Shown piece after piece: positions 1 to 9,676 of a stretch of 56,686 nt of DNA. Under the pieces are notes generated by a model. The model was not told where the DNA came from and did not search any database. It saw only the letters and a program-made list of their open reading frames with translations. Both the position numbers and the translations under genes were made by a program. Every line of letters starts with the position of its first letter. Within the stretch, counting starts at the first letter, position 1. This DNA is from Planctomycetota bacterium (GTDB taxonomy: Bacteria > Planctomycetota > B15-G4 > JADJEK01), in assembly GCA_044225365.1 (NCBI GenBank), contig JBGAIQ010000036.1, positions 1 to 56,686 of the forward strand. Reading direction: 5' to 3'.

Positions 1-758
1 CCTTCCTTCAGCATCCGCGACATCTGGTAGTCGAGCGCGAAGATGTGGGCCGTGCTCGGCGTCGACGGCGTCTCGTTCTTGTCCGCGTTCGCCTTGAAGC
101 GATGGAAATCGTTGTAGTACCCGCGGAAGGTCTTCTTCTTCGAATAGTCGAGCGCGCGCTGGCTCACGGACGTGATCGAGAAGCCGGGCGGCAACGCCAT
201 CGCCTTCTGCACGCCCGCGACGCAGACGTCGATGCCCCACTCGTCGACCTTGCATTCGGTCGTCGCGAGCGCGGAGACCGAGTCGACGCAGAGTATCACG
301 TCGAATTCGCGCGCGGCCTTGGCGAGATCGGCGATCGGGTTGAGGGCGCCGGTCGACGTCTCGCACCAGGTGCAGGTGATGACGTCGTACTTGCCGGTCT
401 TCAGCGCGTTGCGCACGTCTTGCGGATCGTGCGCCTTGCCCCAGTCGACGCTCATCATGTCGACCTCGAGTCCGAGGCTCTTGCCGAGTTCACCCCACAT
501 CTGGCTCCACGCGCCGTTCTCGAGACACAGCACGCGCTTCTGCACCAGGTTCATGAGCGTCGCTTCGAGCATTCCGGTCGCCGAGCACGACGCGAGGTAC
601 ACGTCCCCCTTCGTGCCGAGCAGTTGCCGCAGCTTCGGCGTCACGCTCTTCACGAGATCGCGCATCGCCTGCGTGCGATGGCCGATCTGCGGATGCGTCA
701 TCGCCGCCAGCACGTCCGGCAGGACCTCGGTCGGCCCGGGGATGAACATGTTGGTCAT
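1..758 (-). CDS. PLP-dependent class V aminotransferase (alanine-glyoxylate/serine-pyruvate family), 3' end runs off the window
   Basis: Not in the ORF track; translated by hand: MTNMFIPGPTEV...CSATGMLE...CETSTG...VDSVSA...GVQKAMALPPG (PLP Lys). AGGAG lies upstream of the ATG at 758. Confidence 0.9.
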   Translation of the reverse strand, partial: MTNMFIPGPTEVLPDVLAAMTHPQIGHRTQAMRDLVKSVTPKLRQLLGTKGDVYLASCSATGMLEATLMNLVQKRVLCLENGAWSQMWGELGKSLGLEVDMMSVDWGKAHDPQDVRNALKTGKYDVITCTWCETSTGALNPIADLAKAAREFDVILCVDSVSALATTECKVDEWGIDVCVAGVQKAMALPPGFSITSVSQRALDYSKKKTFRGYYNDFHRFKANADKNETPSTPSTAHIFALDYQMSRMLKE

Positions 759-882
759 GATGCGAGCGCTCCTGCTGCAGGGTCGTGGACTATGAGGTCA
801 TTCTTACCAGATCGAGGCAACGAGCGAAGCGCGCAGACCGCGACAGGAATTGTCACGGTCACATCGCCCGCACGTCGCGCCC

Positions 883-2718
883 TCACGGAACGAAGTGGAC
901 CGGGACCGCATTGCTCGCGTAGTTCACGTTGCCGAACGGCCCCGCGGCGAGATAGGCGTGGAGCAACGTGAGACCGACCAGGGTCGGCGGCGACGCGGGC
1001 GGCATCACGAACGTCGCGTTCGCCTGAGCACTCGCGTCGAGGTTGCCGAGGAAACCCACGAAGAGCGGGAACGTCGGCGCGGCGAGGATGAAGTTGAAGT
1101 ACGCGTCCGGGTTCAGCGGCAGGAAAGCCGATCCGAGCGTGACGCCGGGAGCGTCTCCGCTCACGCTGCCGAGCACGATGTACGGCGAATTCGCATGGGC
1201 GAGATCGGCCGCGAGCGAGAGGTTCTGGAGTCCGCCCGCCGCGAGCGAGACCGTGAACGAATCGGCGTAGAGCCGCGGCGCGCCGAGGACGCCATGCGGC
1301 ATCACGAGCTGCCCGTACACGTCGGAGTTGCCGGAGCGATCGTCCTCCCAGATCATGCGAGCATTGCCCGCGTCGTCGCGAGTGACCGGGAAACGAAGCT
1401 TGTTCGAGACCGCGGTCGAGAACGGGATCGATCCCGAGGGCCACACGCTCGCGCCGGCCGAATTCACGCGGCGCGCGAGGATCTGGTACTTGTTGGGCTG
1501 GCCCGTGATCTCCTGCGCGTGGAAGACGATCGCGCCGCCCGCGTAGCCCGTGGTCTGCGGCAGGAACTTGTAGACCGTGTTCAACGGCTCGAAGACGATG
1601 CCGGTCGCGCCCCAGAGACGCTGGCCGTTCGACGCGAAGCGCTGGCCGTAGATGCCCCACTGCGACTGCGCCGAATTGCGTTCGTTCCAGAAGACGATCG
1701 TCTCGTTCGTCGCGGGATCGAACGTGAACGTCGGGTCGAGATGGTTGTTCGTCGCGTTCGTGCTCACCGACACGCCGTTGTGCGGCAGGAGTTCCGTGCC
1801 GCCGCCGCCGAGGTGCTGGACGAACGAGTTGTAGAGGTTGCCGAGTGCGCGGTGCCACACGATCACGGCGCCGCCGATTCCGTCCTCGACCATCTTCGGC
1901 TGGTACGCGATCGGCAGCGACAGCGCATCGAAGACGCTCGTGTAGTTGAACCACACGGGCCCACCGCTCGGCAGGAACTTCCGCGCGCGCAGATGCCGCG
2001 GCGAGGCGAAGGTCTTGACGTCGCGCACCCACGACACGATCACGCAGCCGTTCTCGGCCGGGACGATCTCGCAGAAGCCCGGGCTCTCGCCCGGATCGCC
2101 CGCGATGTTGATGCCGTTCGCCACGAATCGCGGCACGCCGTTCGGATCGAGGCGCTGCATCACGATCTTGCCGTCGCCCACGTTCGGAAACCGCGACCAG
2201 ACGAAGACGAAGTCCCCGTCCGTCGCTTCGCACACGCGCGGGTTCGGTTCGTAGTCGTTGTCGGCCGAGAGCGTGACGCCGTTGGGTCCCCACAGGAAGG
2301 CGCCGGTCTTGTCGATGCGATAGGCGTAGACGTCGAGATCGGACCCGGCGCGCGTGTCGGTGAAGGTGACGACGGCGTTGCCCGCGCTGTCGGCGATCAG
2401 GTCCCAATCGACGAGCGAGGTCGACTGCGGATTCGAGCTGACGAGGATGCCATTGTGCGGCCAGCTCTCCACGCCGTTCGGCAGGAGACATTGCAGGCGC
2501 ACGTCGTAGTTGCCGCTCGTATTGTCGAACCAGGCGACATAGGTCACTCCGGTCGACGTCGTCGCGATCTTCGGGACGGCCTGCTCGCCGGAGAGATCCC
2601 CGATCGCGAGGTTCTGGTTCGGATCGCTCGACCACTGCGCCGCGAGCGATCCCGAAAGCGCGAGGACGGACGAGACGACGAGCAGGGACCGCAGATGCAA
2701 CGGGGCAAGGGTTTTCAT
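883..2718 (-). CDS. Secreted beta-rich repeat protein with a C-terminal ~130-aa domain
   Basis: 611-aa ORF; signal peptide ending SLAA-QW; repeated 'W.D.R.G..DVY.Q' units; distinct C-terminal domain. Confidence 0.8.
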   Translation of the reverse strand: MKTLAPLHLRSLLVVSSVLALSGSLAAQWSSDPNQNLAIGDLSGEQAVPKIATTSTGVTYVAWFDNTSGNYDVRLQCLLPNGVESWPHNGILVSSNPQSTSLVDWDLIADSAGNAVVTFTDTRAGSDLDVYAYRIDKTGAFLWGPNGVTLSADNDYEPNPRVCEATDGDFVFVWSRFPNVGDGKIVMQRLDPNGVPRFVANGINIAGDPGESPGFCEIVPAENGCVIVSWVRDVKTFASPRHLRARKFLPSGGPVWFNYTSVFDALSLPIAYQPKMVEDGIGGAVIVWHRALGNLYNSFVQHLGGGGTELLPHNGVSVSTNATNNHLDPTFTFDPATNETIVFWNERNSAQSQWGIYGQRFASNGQRLWGATGIVFEPLNTVYKFLPQTTGYAGGAIVFHAQEITGQPNKYQILARRVNSAGASVWPSGSIPFSTAVSNKLRFPVTRDDAGNARMIWEDDRSGNSDVYGQLVMPHGVLGAPRLYADSFTVSLAAGGLQNLSLAADLAHANSPYIVLGSVSGDAPGVTLGSAFLPLNPDAYFNFILAAPTFPLFVGFLGNLDASAQANATFVMPPASPPTLVGLTLLHAYLAAGPFGNVNYASNAVPVHFVP

Positions 2719-2820
2719 GGGGGCTCGGGGGACTCGGAGTTCTTGCGAGACGACTTGCGAGACAGGATAACCGATGCCGGTGCGTTCGGCGTCGCCGGAT
2801 TGATGGTCTTCGGACTGCGG

Positions 2821-5637
2821 CTACCCGCTGACGAGGGCGATGATCCGAACGTCCTCGATGCCATCGAACGTGTCGAGCGCCGCGCCGAGCTTGCGGAACG
2901 GCCCGGGATCGAGGAGTTCACCGAGGGCGGCCGCCGCCGCCGCGCGGACGTCGGACGACGCCTTTGCGTCGTGAAGTACTTGAAGGAGCGGACCGACCGA
3001 GGTGGTATCCCCGACGAGGCCGAGCGCGAACGCGAGCGCGGCGGCCTCGGTCGCCTGTTTGCTCGAAAGCATGCGCGCGGCGATCATCGCGGGGACCTTG
3101 CGCGAGCTCGGCGCTTCGAGCATCGCCATCGCAACCGCGACCTGCGGCAGGATCGTCGCATCGAGCTTGCTGTCCTGGAACTTCGCGTTGAGCGTGTCTT
3201 GCGCATCGATCGCGCGCGCAAGGCCGAGAGCGAGCGCGAAGTGCGCGACGAGCACGGGCGACTTCTCCTTCTTCAAGGCGAGTTCGATCTCCCGATTCGC
3301 TGCGGTCTGCCCGACGCCATGCAGCCCGAGAGCGATCACGAGCGCGCCGCGATACAGGAGTGATCCTTCCTTGCCGAACTTGTTCTGCGCGATCTTGTAC
3401 CCGAGCGAATCCTTCGCGAGCGCGAGGGCGATCGCTTCGAGCGGCGCCGCGTCGAGCTCCTGTGCATTGAGGCGTGGCTGCGGATGCAAGGTTCCGATCC
3501 CGCTGCCTTCGCCGCCGTGGAGCTCGGAGCGGAGGTACGACGTCGCGCGATCGCCGCCGATCCTTCCGAGCGACATCAGCAATGCGTCCTTCACTCTGCG
3601 ATCCGATTCGCCGTTCGAGAACTCGAGGCGCGTCACGATCGCCTGGACGACACTCGCTCCTTCCTTGGATCCGCCTTTCCCGGCCAGCGCGCGACCGAGC
3701 GCGAGCGCCCCGAACTTGCGGACCTCGGCGAGATCGCTCTTCGTCGTGAACTTCAGGAGCTTGTCCGTCTTCTCGCCCTTCTCGCCGGCTAGGGCGACGA
3801 GCCGCCCGTAGGCGAGCGTCGCGTAGCCGAGCGTCGGCGCGGAGATGCCGGATTTGCCGCCCGTCTCGACGAGTTTCTCCAATGGCGGGATCAACGCCGG
3901 ATCCGCGGTGAGCGCGGCGCCGAGCGCCACGCCGTCCTGGACCAGCGGATCGAGCTTGGAGAAGTTCGAGATCTCCAGGAGTCCGTCGAGGATCGTCGCA
4001 CGGTCCTTCACGATCTTCGCGTCCTTGCCGGAGCTCTTCGTGTCGTCGCCGGGGATCACCGGCTTCGGCGCCTTTTCTGCTTCATCGCGCAATGGAACGG
4101 AGTAGCGCTTCCCGCCGCCACCGCTCGTGATCGCGACGAGCGTCGTCGCTTCGCTACCGGACCAATCGAGCGCCGAAGCTTCGACCGTCGCGACTCCAAG
4201 CGGATCACCGCCGTTCGCGCTGAGCGTGTAGACCCCGCTGCCCTCGAGCGCGAGCGCGAAGCTCTCACCCTTCTTGTCGCCGACGAGGGATCGCACCTTG
4301 CCCTTCAGCTCACGCGACCAGAGCGAGCGCTCGCGATCGCCGTCGAGCGTGAAGCCGTTGAGTCGACCTTCGTCGGTCGCGAGAGCCGCGAACTGACCGT
4401 CGCCCGTGATCGTGAGCGCGACGATCGGCGAGCCGAGCGACATGAAGACGCGCGGAGTCACGCCCGCCTTGGTCTCGTGGAACATCACGACTCCGTCGGC
4501 CCCCGCTGACAAGGCGATGCCGCGGTCGCCCGCGAACGCGACCGCGCTCACCGCGCCCTTGTGCGACGAACGCTTCTCGACGAACTCCTTCTTGCCGGAG
4601 GCGGGCACGAAGTACACGTCGCCCGCGGCATTGCCGACGATCAGCTTCTCGCCCTTCTTGTCGAAGTCGAGGGCGCGAACGTCGCCCAGGCCGTCGAACT
4701 TCACGAGCTCCTTGCCGATCTTCAGCGAATGGATGCGCAGCGTGCCGTCGCTCCCGACGCTCGCGACGCGGTCGCCGTCCGGGGCAAACCGCAACGCCGT
4801 GACCCGCCCCGCGTGGACTGCCCAGGTCTTTCCGAGCTTGCCGAGCTTCCACGGCCAGATCGCGAGTTTGCCGTCGTCGAATCCGAGGACGGCGCGGTCG
4901 CTCGTCGGGTCGACGGCGACCGCGCTCACGTTCGTCACCGCGGCGTCGAGAGTCGCGACTTCGGCCAACTCCTTCGCCTCGCTCGGCGCAGTTGCCTTGC
5001 GTTCATCGCCCTTCTTCGCGTCGTCGTCCTTGCCGTGCGAGGTGCTCGGGCCGACCTCGATCATCCCGATCGCCATCGCGGCGACCGCGCGCAGTTCCGG
5101 TTCCCATTTCGTGTCGACGATGATCCCGCGCAGCGTCTCGAGTGCGGCCGAATCGCCCGCGATACCGAGGCCCAGGATCGCGCTCCTCCGCACTTGCGTG
5201 TTGGAATCGAAGAGCGGAGCGCGAATCCCCTCCGCCGGCTCCTTCAGCAGTGAGGCGAGTGCTTCCCGCTCGCGCGACTTCGCGAGCGCGAGATCGGCCG
5301 CCGCGCGAACCGCGGGGCTGCTGTCGCCCTGGACGGCTTCGAGCGCGATGAGCACGCGCTGATAGTCGGAATCGAGGACTCGCCGGTATCCGGCCCGCGC
5401 GTCGAACGACTGCGTGAGCGAGCGACGCAGATCGAGCAGGGGTTCCTGATTCAGGTACCACCAGCGTGCGAAGGTGTAGGAATCCGTCTTGCCGTTGAAG
5501 GTGGGCAACGGAACGCCCGGCTGGCCCGGGAAGACGGGAATCCCCGTGTCCTCCTGTGCCGATGCAGTGGCGGCGAACGCGATCACGGCCGCCGCGATCG
5601 AGGAAACGAAGGACGAACGGAGTACACGGCTGCGCAT
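2821..5637 (-). CDS. Secreted HEAT-repeat protein with an inserted WD40 beta-propeller
   Basis: 938-aa ORF; signal peptide (ASA-QE); HEAT-like units (VRAAADLALAK, VRRSAILGLG, VRAAAAAALG); central WD40 blades (HAGRVTALRFAPDG..SVGSDGTLRIH, HKGAVSAVAF). Confidence 0.85.
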   Translation of the reverse strand: MRSRVLRSSFVSSIAAAVIAFAATASAQEDTGIPVFPGQPGVPLPTFNGKTDSYTFARWWYLNQEPLLDLRRSLTQSFDARAGYRRVLDSDYQRVLIALEAVQGDSSPAVRAAADLALAKSREREALASLLKEPAEGIRAPLFDSNTQVRRSAILGLGIAGDSAALETLRGIIVDTKWEPELRAVAAMAIGMIEVGPSTSHGKDDDAKKGDERKATAPSEAKELAEVATLDAAVTNVSAVAVDPTSDRAVLGFDDGKLAIWPWKLGKLGKTWAVHAGRVTALRFAPDGDRVASVGSDGTLRIHSLKIGKELVKFDGLGDVRALDFDKKGEKLIVGNAAGDVYFVPASGKKEFVEKRSSHKGAVSAVAFAGDRGIALSAGADGVVMFHETKAGVTPRVFMSLGSPIVALTITGDGQFAALATDEGRLNGFTLDGDRERSLWSRELKGKVRSLVGDKKGESFALALEGSGVYTLSANGGDPLGVATVEASALDWSGSEATTLVAITSGGGGKRYSVPLRDEAEKAPKPVIPGDDTKSSGKDAKIVKDRATILDGLLEISNFSKLDPLVQDGVALGAALTADPALIPPLEKLVETGGKSGISAPTLGYATLAYGRLVALAGEKGEKTDKLLKFTTKSDLAEVRKFGALALGRALAGKGGSKEGASVVQAIVTRLEFSNGESDRRVKDALLMSLGRIGGDRATSYLRSELHGGEGSGIGTLHPQPRLNAQELDAAPLEAIALALAKDSLGYKIAQNKFGKEGSLLYRGALVIALGLHGVGQTAANREIELALKKEKSPVLVAHFALALGLARAIDAQDTLNAKFQDSKLDATILPQVAVAMAMLEAPSSRKVPAMIAARMLSSKQATEAAALAFALGLVGDTTSVGPLLQVLHDAKASSDVRAAAAAALGELLDPGPFRKLGAALDTFDGIEDVRIIALVSG

Positions 5638-5683
5638 GGACTTTCATGGTATCCGAGCAGGGGGTCTGCGGTATCGTCTCGAA

Positions 5684-6274
5684 ATGCTCACGTTCTGCCT
5701 CTTCCTCGCCCTGCAGGCTCCTTCGCAGGCCGCGACGACCGCCGATGCTCAGAAGATCGTGCTCGAGAAATGCGTCCTGTGCCACAGGATCGACGACAAG
5801 GGAAACGACTTCGGCCCGAACCTCTCCGACGTCGGACTGCGCCTCACGCGCGAGCAGATCACGGAGTCGATCGTCGAGCCGTCGAAGACGATCGCCAAGG
5901 GATTCGAATTCACCGAGCTCAGCCTGATGGACGGCAACAAGCCCGCCGGCATCCTCGCGCCGGAGAGCGCGGGGCAGTACCTCCTGAAGCAGCCGGGCGG
6001 GATCGTCCATCGGTACGACAAGAGCACCGTGCGCAAGGCGACCCAGGTCCCCGTCTCCGGGATGATGCTGTTCACCGACAAGCTGACAGAGGAACAGATC
6101 AAGGGGATCACGGACTTCCTCCTCACGCTGCGCACGCCGGTTCCGAAGCAGGAGGTCCGCGAAATCGAAGCGCCCCCGCGCCGCGAGACGCCGACCGTCA
6201 TTCTCTACGCCGCCGCCGCGTCCGCCATCGTCCTCGGCTTCATCGTGCTGCGAGGGACGAAGAAGTCCGCGTGA
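5684..6274 (+). CDS. c-type cytochrome, planctomycete-type heme-binding domain, C-terminal membrane anchor
   Basis: Signal peptide MLTFCLFLALQ; CVLCH heme motif; GPNLSDVG...ESIVEPSKTI; SGMM (possible axial Met); C-terminal hydrophobic helix followed by RGTKK. Confidence 0.85.
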   Translation: MLTFCLFLALQAPSQAATTADAQKIVLEKCVLCHRIDDKGNDFGPNLSDVGLRLTREQITESIVEPSKTIAKGFEFTELSLMDGNKPAGILAPESAGQYLLKQPGGIVHRYDKSTVRKATQVPVSGMMLFTDKLTEEQIKGITDFLLTLRTPVPKQEVREIEAPPRRETPTVILYAAAASAIVLGFIVLRGTKKSA

Positions 6275-6292
6275 TGGGAAGCGGTCCGGGCG

Positions 6293-8887
6293 TCACGGCA
6301 GGATCGTGATCTCGATTCCGCGCGAACTCACGAGGGAGTAGGGCGACGCGCTGCACTGGAATCCCGGCGCCTCCGTCCACACGCTCTGCGCGTAGGCCTT
6401 GAATCCCGCGGGCACGCTCGACGGGATCGGCACGTGGAGACTGCCCGCGCCGCAGGCGTCGCTCTGCATGTCGACGACGAAGAACGCGGGCGCGAAGGGA
6501 CTGACTTCGATCGCGATTCCGACTCCGAAGACGTTCGATCCGGGAAGCAAGGGAGCGGTGCCGACGATGAGGAAGCCGTGGGCATTCGGCGGCGCGTTGG
6601 TCGTGGTGAACGTGAACGCGGATTGCCCGACTTGCGGGGACGGGCTCGCGCCCATCCCGAGACGACCTTGGCAACCGCCCGTGCCGGCCCCGTAGGCGAC
6701 GACACCGGCGGGCAAGGGTCGCGCTCCCTTCAGGATCTCGACGTTCGCGGAGTTGTAGTTCGCCGTGACGACGTCCTGGCGGCCGTCGCCGTCGAGGTCG
6801 ACGAGGGCGAGGCCGTACGGACTCGCCGACACCGCGAAGAGCCCCGCTTGCGCGAAGCCACCCATGCCGTTGCCGAGTTCGATGGCGAGCGCACTGCCGA
6901 CGCTGACGAGATCGACCTTGCCGTCGCCGTCGACGTCGCCCGCGGCGAGATCGTGCGGCGCGGCATCCGAAGTCACGTCGATCGGCGCACCGAAACTCCC
7001 GGTGCCGGTGCCAAAGACCTCGCGCAGGCCTCCGCTCACGCCATTCGTCGCGAGATCGAGATTCCCGTCGTCGTTGAGATCGGCGAGCGCGAGGACGCGC
7101 TGTGTGGCCCCGATCGGAATGCTGGTCGCCGCCGAGAGATTGCCGTTCGGCAGTCCGAAGTAGGCGAGCGCGTAGTTGAAGCCGCCGAGCGCGACGACGA
7201 GATCCTGTCGACCGTCGTGATTCAGATCTCCGACCGCGGCTTTCGTCGGACCGCTGCCGTTGCCCGTCGGCAGCGTCTGGGCGAGCTGGAACGCGCCGCC
7301 CACGTTGCGATACACGAGGACCGACGCCGAGGTGTAGGAGCAGACCACGAGGTCGGGCGCGCCGTCGCCGTTCATGTCGCGCACGACGAGATGAGTCGGG
7401 GATCCGCCGAGTGGAAGGCTCGTGCTGGTCGTGAACCCGCCGAGACCGTTGCCGTGCAGCACGGACACGCTCGCGCTCTGATAGTTCGCCACGACGGCAT
7501 CGAGATGGTGATCGAGGTCGACGTCCGCGAGCGCGACCCACTCCGGGCCGAAGCCGGTCGAGTACGAGGTCGCGGACGAGAAGGCACTGTTGCCGGTGCC
7601 CAGGAAGACGGAGAGATCGCCGCACGACACACCGCAGTAGTTCGCGGAGACGACATCGGGCTTGCCGTCTTCGTTCAGGTCGCCGCTCGCGACGCAGAAC
7701 GGATATGCGTGCGTCGTCGCGATCACCGTCGCGCCGAGAAAACTTCCGTCGCCCTTTCCATAGAGCGTCGTGAATTCGTCATCGCCGTTGGCGTGGGCGG
7801 TGACGAGATCGACTCGCGAATCGAGATCGAAGTCCGCGGCGGCGATCGTCGCGGGAGCACCGGTCGTGACGTAGGCGACGCCCGATTGGAAGGTCGCATT
7901 CCCTTTGCCGAGGATCACCGTCGCGCTGTTTCCGAATTCGTTGCATACGGCGAGGTCCAGCTTGCCGTCGGAATTGGCGTCGAGCGTCGTGAGGTAGGCC
8001 GGATAGGCACCCGCGAGCGCCGACCCTGCGGGCACGAAGGCTTGGGCGCCCGAAAGCCCCGTACCGCGCAGGATCGTGATGTCGTTCGACAGGACGTTCG
8101 CTCCCGCGATGTCGGGATGCGAGTCGTTGTCGAAATCGCCGATCACGGCGGCGTGCGTCGAGTTCCCCGAGGAGTAGCTCTGAGGGGCCGCGAGCGCGCC
8201 CGCGCCCGTGCCGCGCAGGAACGAGATCACGCCCGTGGGGCTCGTGTTGCAGGCGACCACCACGTCGAGCTTGCCGTCCGCGTCGGCGTCCGCGATCACC
8301 GCCTGGTACGGGAGACTCGCGCACGGGTAGTCGTGCTTCGAGAGCAACGTCCCATTGCCCGCCCCACGCAAAACCGACACCGCGCCGACGCCGAGATGAT
8401 CGACGGTGACGACGTCGAGCTTGCCGTCGTTGTCGAGATCGCCCACCGCGAGTGCCCAGCCCGAGGCGCCGCCGATCTGATTCGTCGGAACCGCGAACGT
8501 GCCGTTCCCGAGGCCACGGAACACGTAGACCCGATCGTCCGCACCCGCGGCGACGACGTCGAGCACGCCATCACCATCGAGATCGCCGAGCGCGTGGAAG
8601 TACGTCGCTTGCGGCATGTTCGTCAGAACGGGTAGAGCGAACGATTTGCCCTGCGCCTTCGCGACCGCGATGGATCCGTTGAGATCGGTCGTGACGACGT
8701 CGGGCGACCCATCGCCGTTCATGTCGCCCGTCGCGACGATCGCGGCGCCGTAGGAGGTCTGCGACAGGGGACCGGGGAAGAGCGGGAGCAGCGTCTGCCG
8801 CGCACTCGCTTCGCTCGAAGCAAGAAGGGCTACTGCCGTGAGAATCCGAATCGCGCCTGCGCGGAATGCCTCATCCACGACCGCCAT
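6293..8887 (-). CDS. Secreted FG-GAP/VCBS repeat protein with a C-terminal domain
   Basis: Many GD[LMF][ND]xDGxxD Ca-binding repeats (enough for about two propellers); GAGGTG upstream of the ATG at 8887; signal-like segment. Confidence 0.88.
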   Translation of the reverse strand: MAVVDEAFRAGAIRILTAVALLASSEASARQTLLPLFPGPLSQTSYGAAIVATGDMNGDGSPDVVTTDLNGSIAVAKAQGKSFALPVLTNMPQATYFHALGDLDGDGVLDVVAAGADDRVYVFRGLGNGTFAVPTNQIGGASGWALAVGDLDNDGKLDVVTVDHLGVGAVSVLRGAGNGTLLSKHDYPCASLPYQAVIADADADGKLDVVVACNTSPTGVISFLRGTGAGALAAPQSYSSGNSTHAAVIGDFDNDSHPDIAGANVLSNDITILRGTGLSGAQAFVPAGSALAGAYPAYLTTLDANSDGKLDLAVCNEFGNSATVILGKGNATFQSGVAYVTTGAPATIAAADFDLDSRVDLVTAHANGDDEFTTLYGKGDGSFLGATVIATTHAYPFCVASGDLNEDGKPDVVSANYCGVSCGDLSVFLGTGNSAFSSATSYSTGFGPEWVALADVDLDHHLDAVVANYQSASVSVLHGNGLGGFTTSTSLPLGGSPTHLVVRDMNGDGAPDLVVCSYTSASVLVYRNVGGAFQLAQTLPTGNGSGPTKAAVGDLNHDGRQDLVVALGGFNYALAYFGLPNGNLSAATSIPIGATQRVLALADLNDDGNLDLATNGVSGGLREVFGTGTGSFGAPIDVTSDAAPHDLAAGDVDGDGKVDLVSVGSALAIELGNGMGGFAQAGLFAVSASPYGLALVDLDGDGRQDVVTANYNSANVEILKGARPLPAGVVAYGAGTGGCQGRLGMGASPSPQVGQSAFTFTTTNAPPNAHGFLIVGTAPLLPGSNVFGVGIAIEVSPFAPAFFVVDMQSDACGAGSLHVPIPSSVPAGFKAYAQSVWTEAPGFQCSASPYSLVSSRGIEITILP

Positions 8888-9019
8888 GCAATCACCTCGA
8901 GGAATCGGTGCTCTTCTCAATCGATGACCGGAGATGCAGGGGCGGTGTGGGCGCTCCGTCGAGCATCGTAACCCGCCAGGCCGTCGTCGAAAGTTGACAA
9001 CTTGGACCGATTCCTCGGT

Positions 9020-9667
9020 TCACACGAGCAATGAGCGGCGGATCTCGCCGTGGACCAGCTTCCAACGCACCCGCTTCAGCTCCGCGAAATCCGGTACGTG
9101 CACGTGGAACGGGATGGACTCGACGCGGAACGCGCGCGGCCACGGCGGGCCCGATGAAGCTGCATCGAGCTCCGGCGCGATCCGCTCGGGGCAATGGCGG
9201 AAGACCCGATCGAACGCCCCGAACTCCGCCCACCACTCGCGCAGCTTGGCGTTGGTGTCGGCGAGCTGCGACTCGAAGTTCTGAAGTCGAAGCCGCGAGC
9301 CGTAGCGCGACTTGCCCTTCGTCTTGAGGTGCAGGACCTGCGCCTTGCCGTTGCCGCGCACGACGTACTTCTTGATCACCTTGTGCGCGAGCAAAGTGTC
9401 GTCGTCGTAGAGACCGAGGGCGGTCGCGCCGGCGTGGACGAGCACGATCGCCATGCGTCGAAGTCGCTGCGGCAGTCTCTCGAGGTAGCGCGCGGGATCG
9501 TGCTGCGATTCTCCGGCGATGGGAAAGCACGGCGGCGGAACGAACTCGATGCCCTCGGCGACGAAGATCGAACGCTTCGCGTCGAACGTCAGCCGATGTT
9601 CGCGCCAGAGCTCGGTGAGCCGGGCCTCGGTCTCGTTCCAGGCGAAGGGCTGCGTCGTCATCTCCAT
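9020..9667 (-). CDS. VLRF1-family (Vms1/aeRF1-like) release-factor homologue
   Basis: Motif HKVIKKYVVRGNGKAQ..HLKTKGKSRYGSRLRLQN resembles the bacterial VLRF1 catalytic loop. Confidence 0.72.
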   Translation of the reverse strand: MEMTTQPFAWNETEARLTELWREHRLTFDAKRSIFVAEGIEFVPPPCFPIAGESQHDPARYLERLPQRLRRMAIVLVHAGATALGLYDDDTLLAHKVIKKYVVRGNGKAQVLHLKTKGKSRYGSRLRLQNFESQLADTNAKLREWWAEFGAFDRVFRHCPERIAPELDAASSGPPWPRAFRVESIPFHVHVPDFAELKRVRWKLVHGEIRRSLLV

Positions 9668-9676
9668 GCCTTGACC

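Noticed and set aside
2742-2763. Short direct repeat CTTGCGAGAC x2 between two genes
   Set aside because: Only two 10-bp copies with no further support as an operator.
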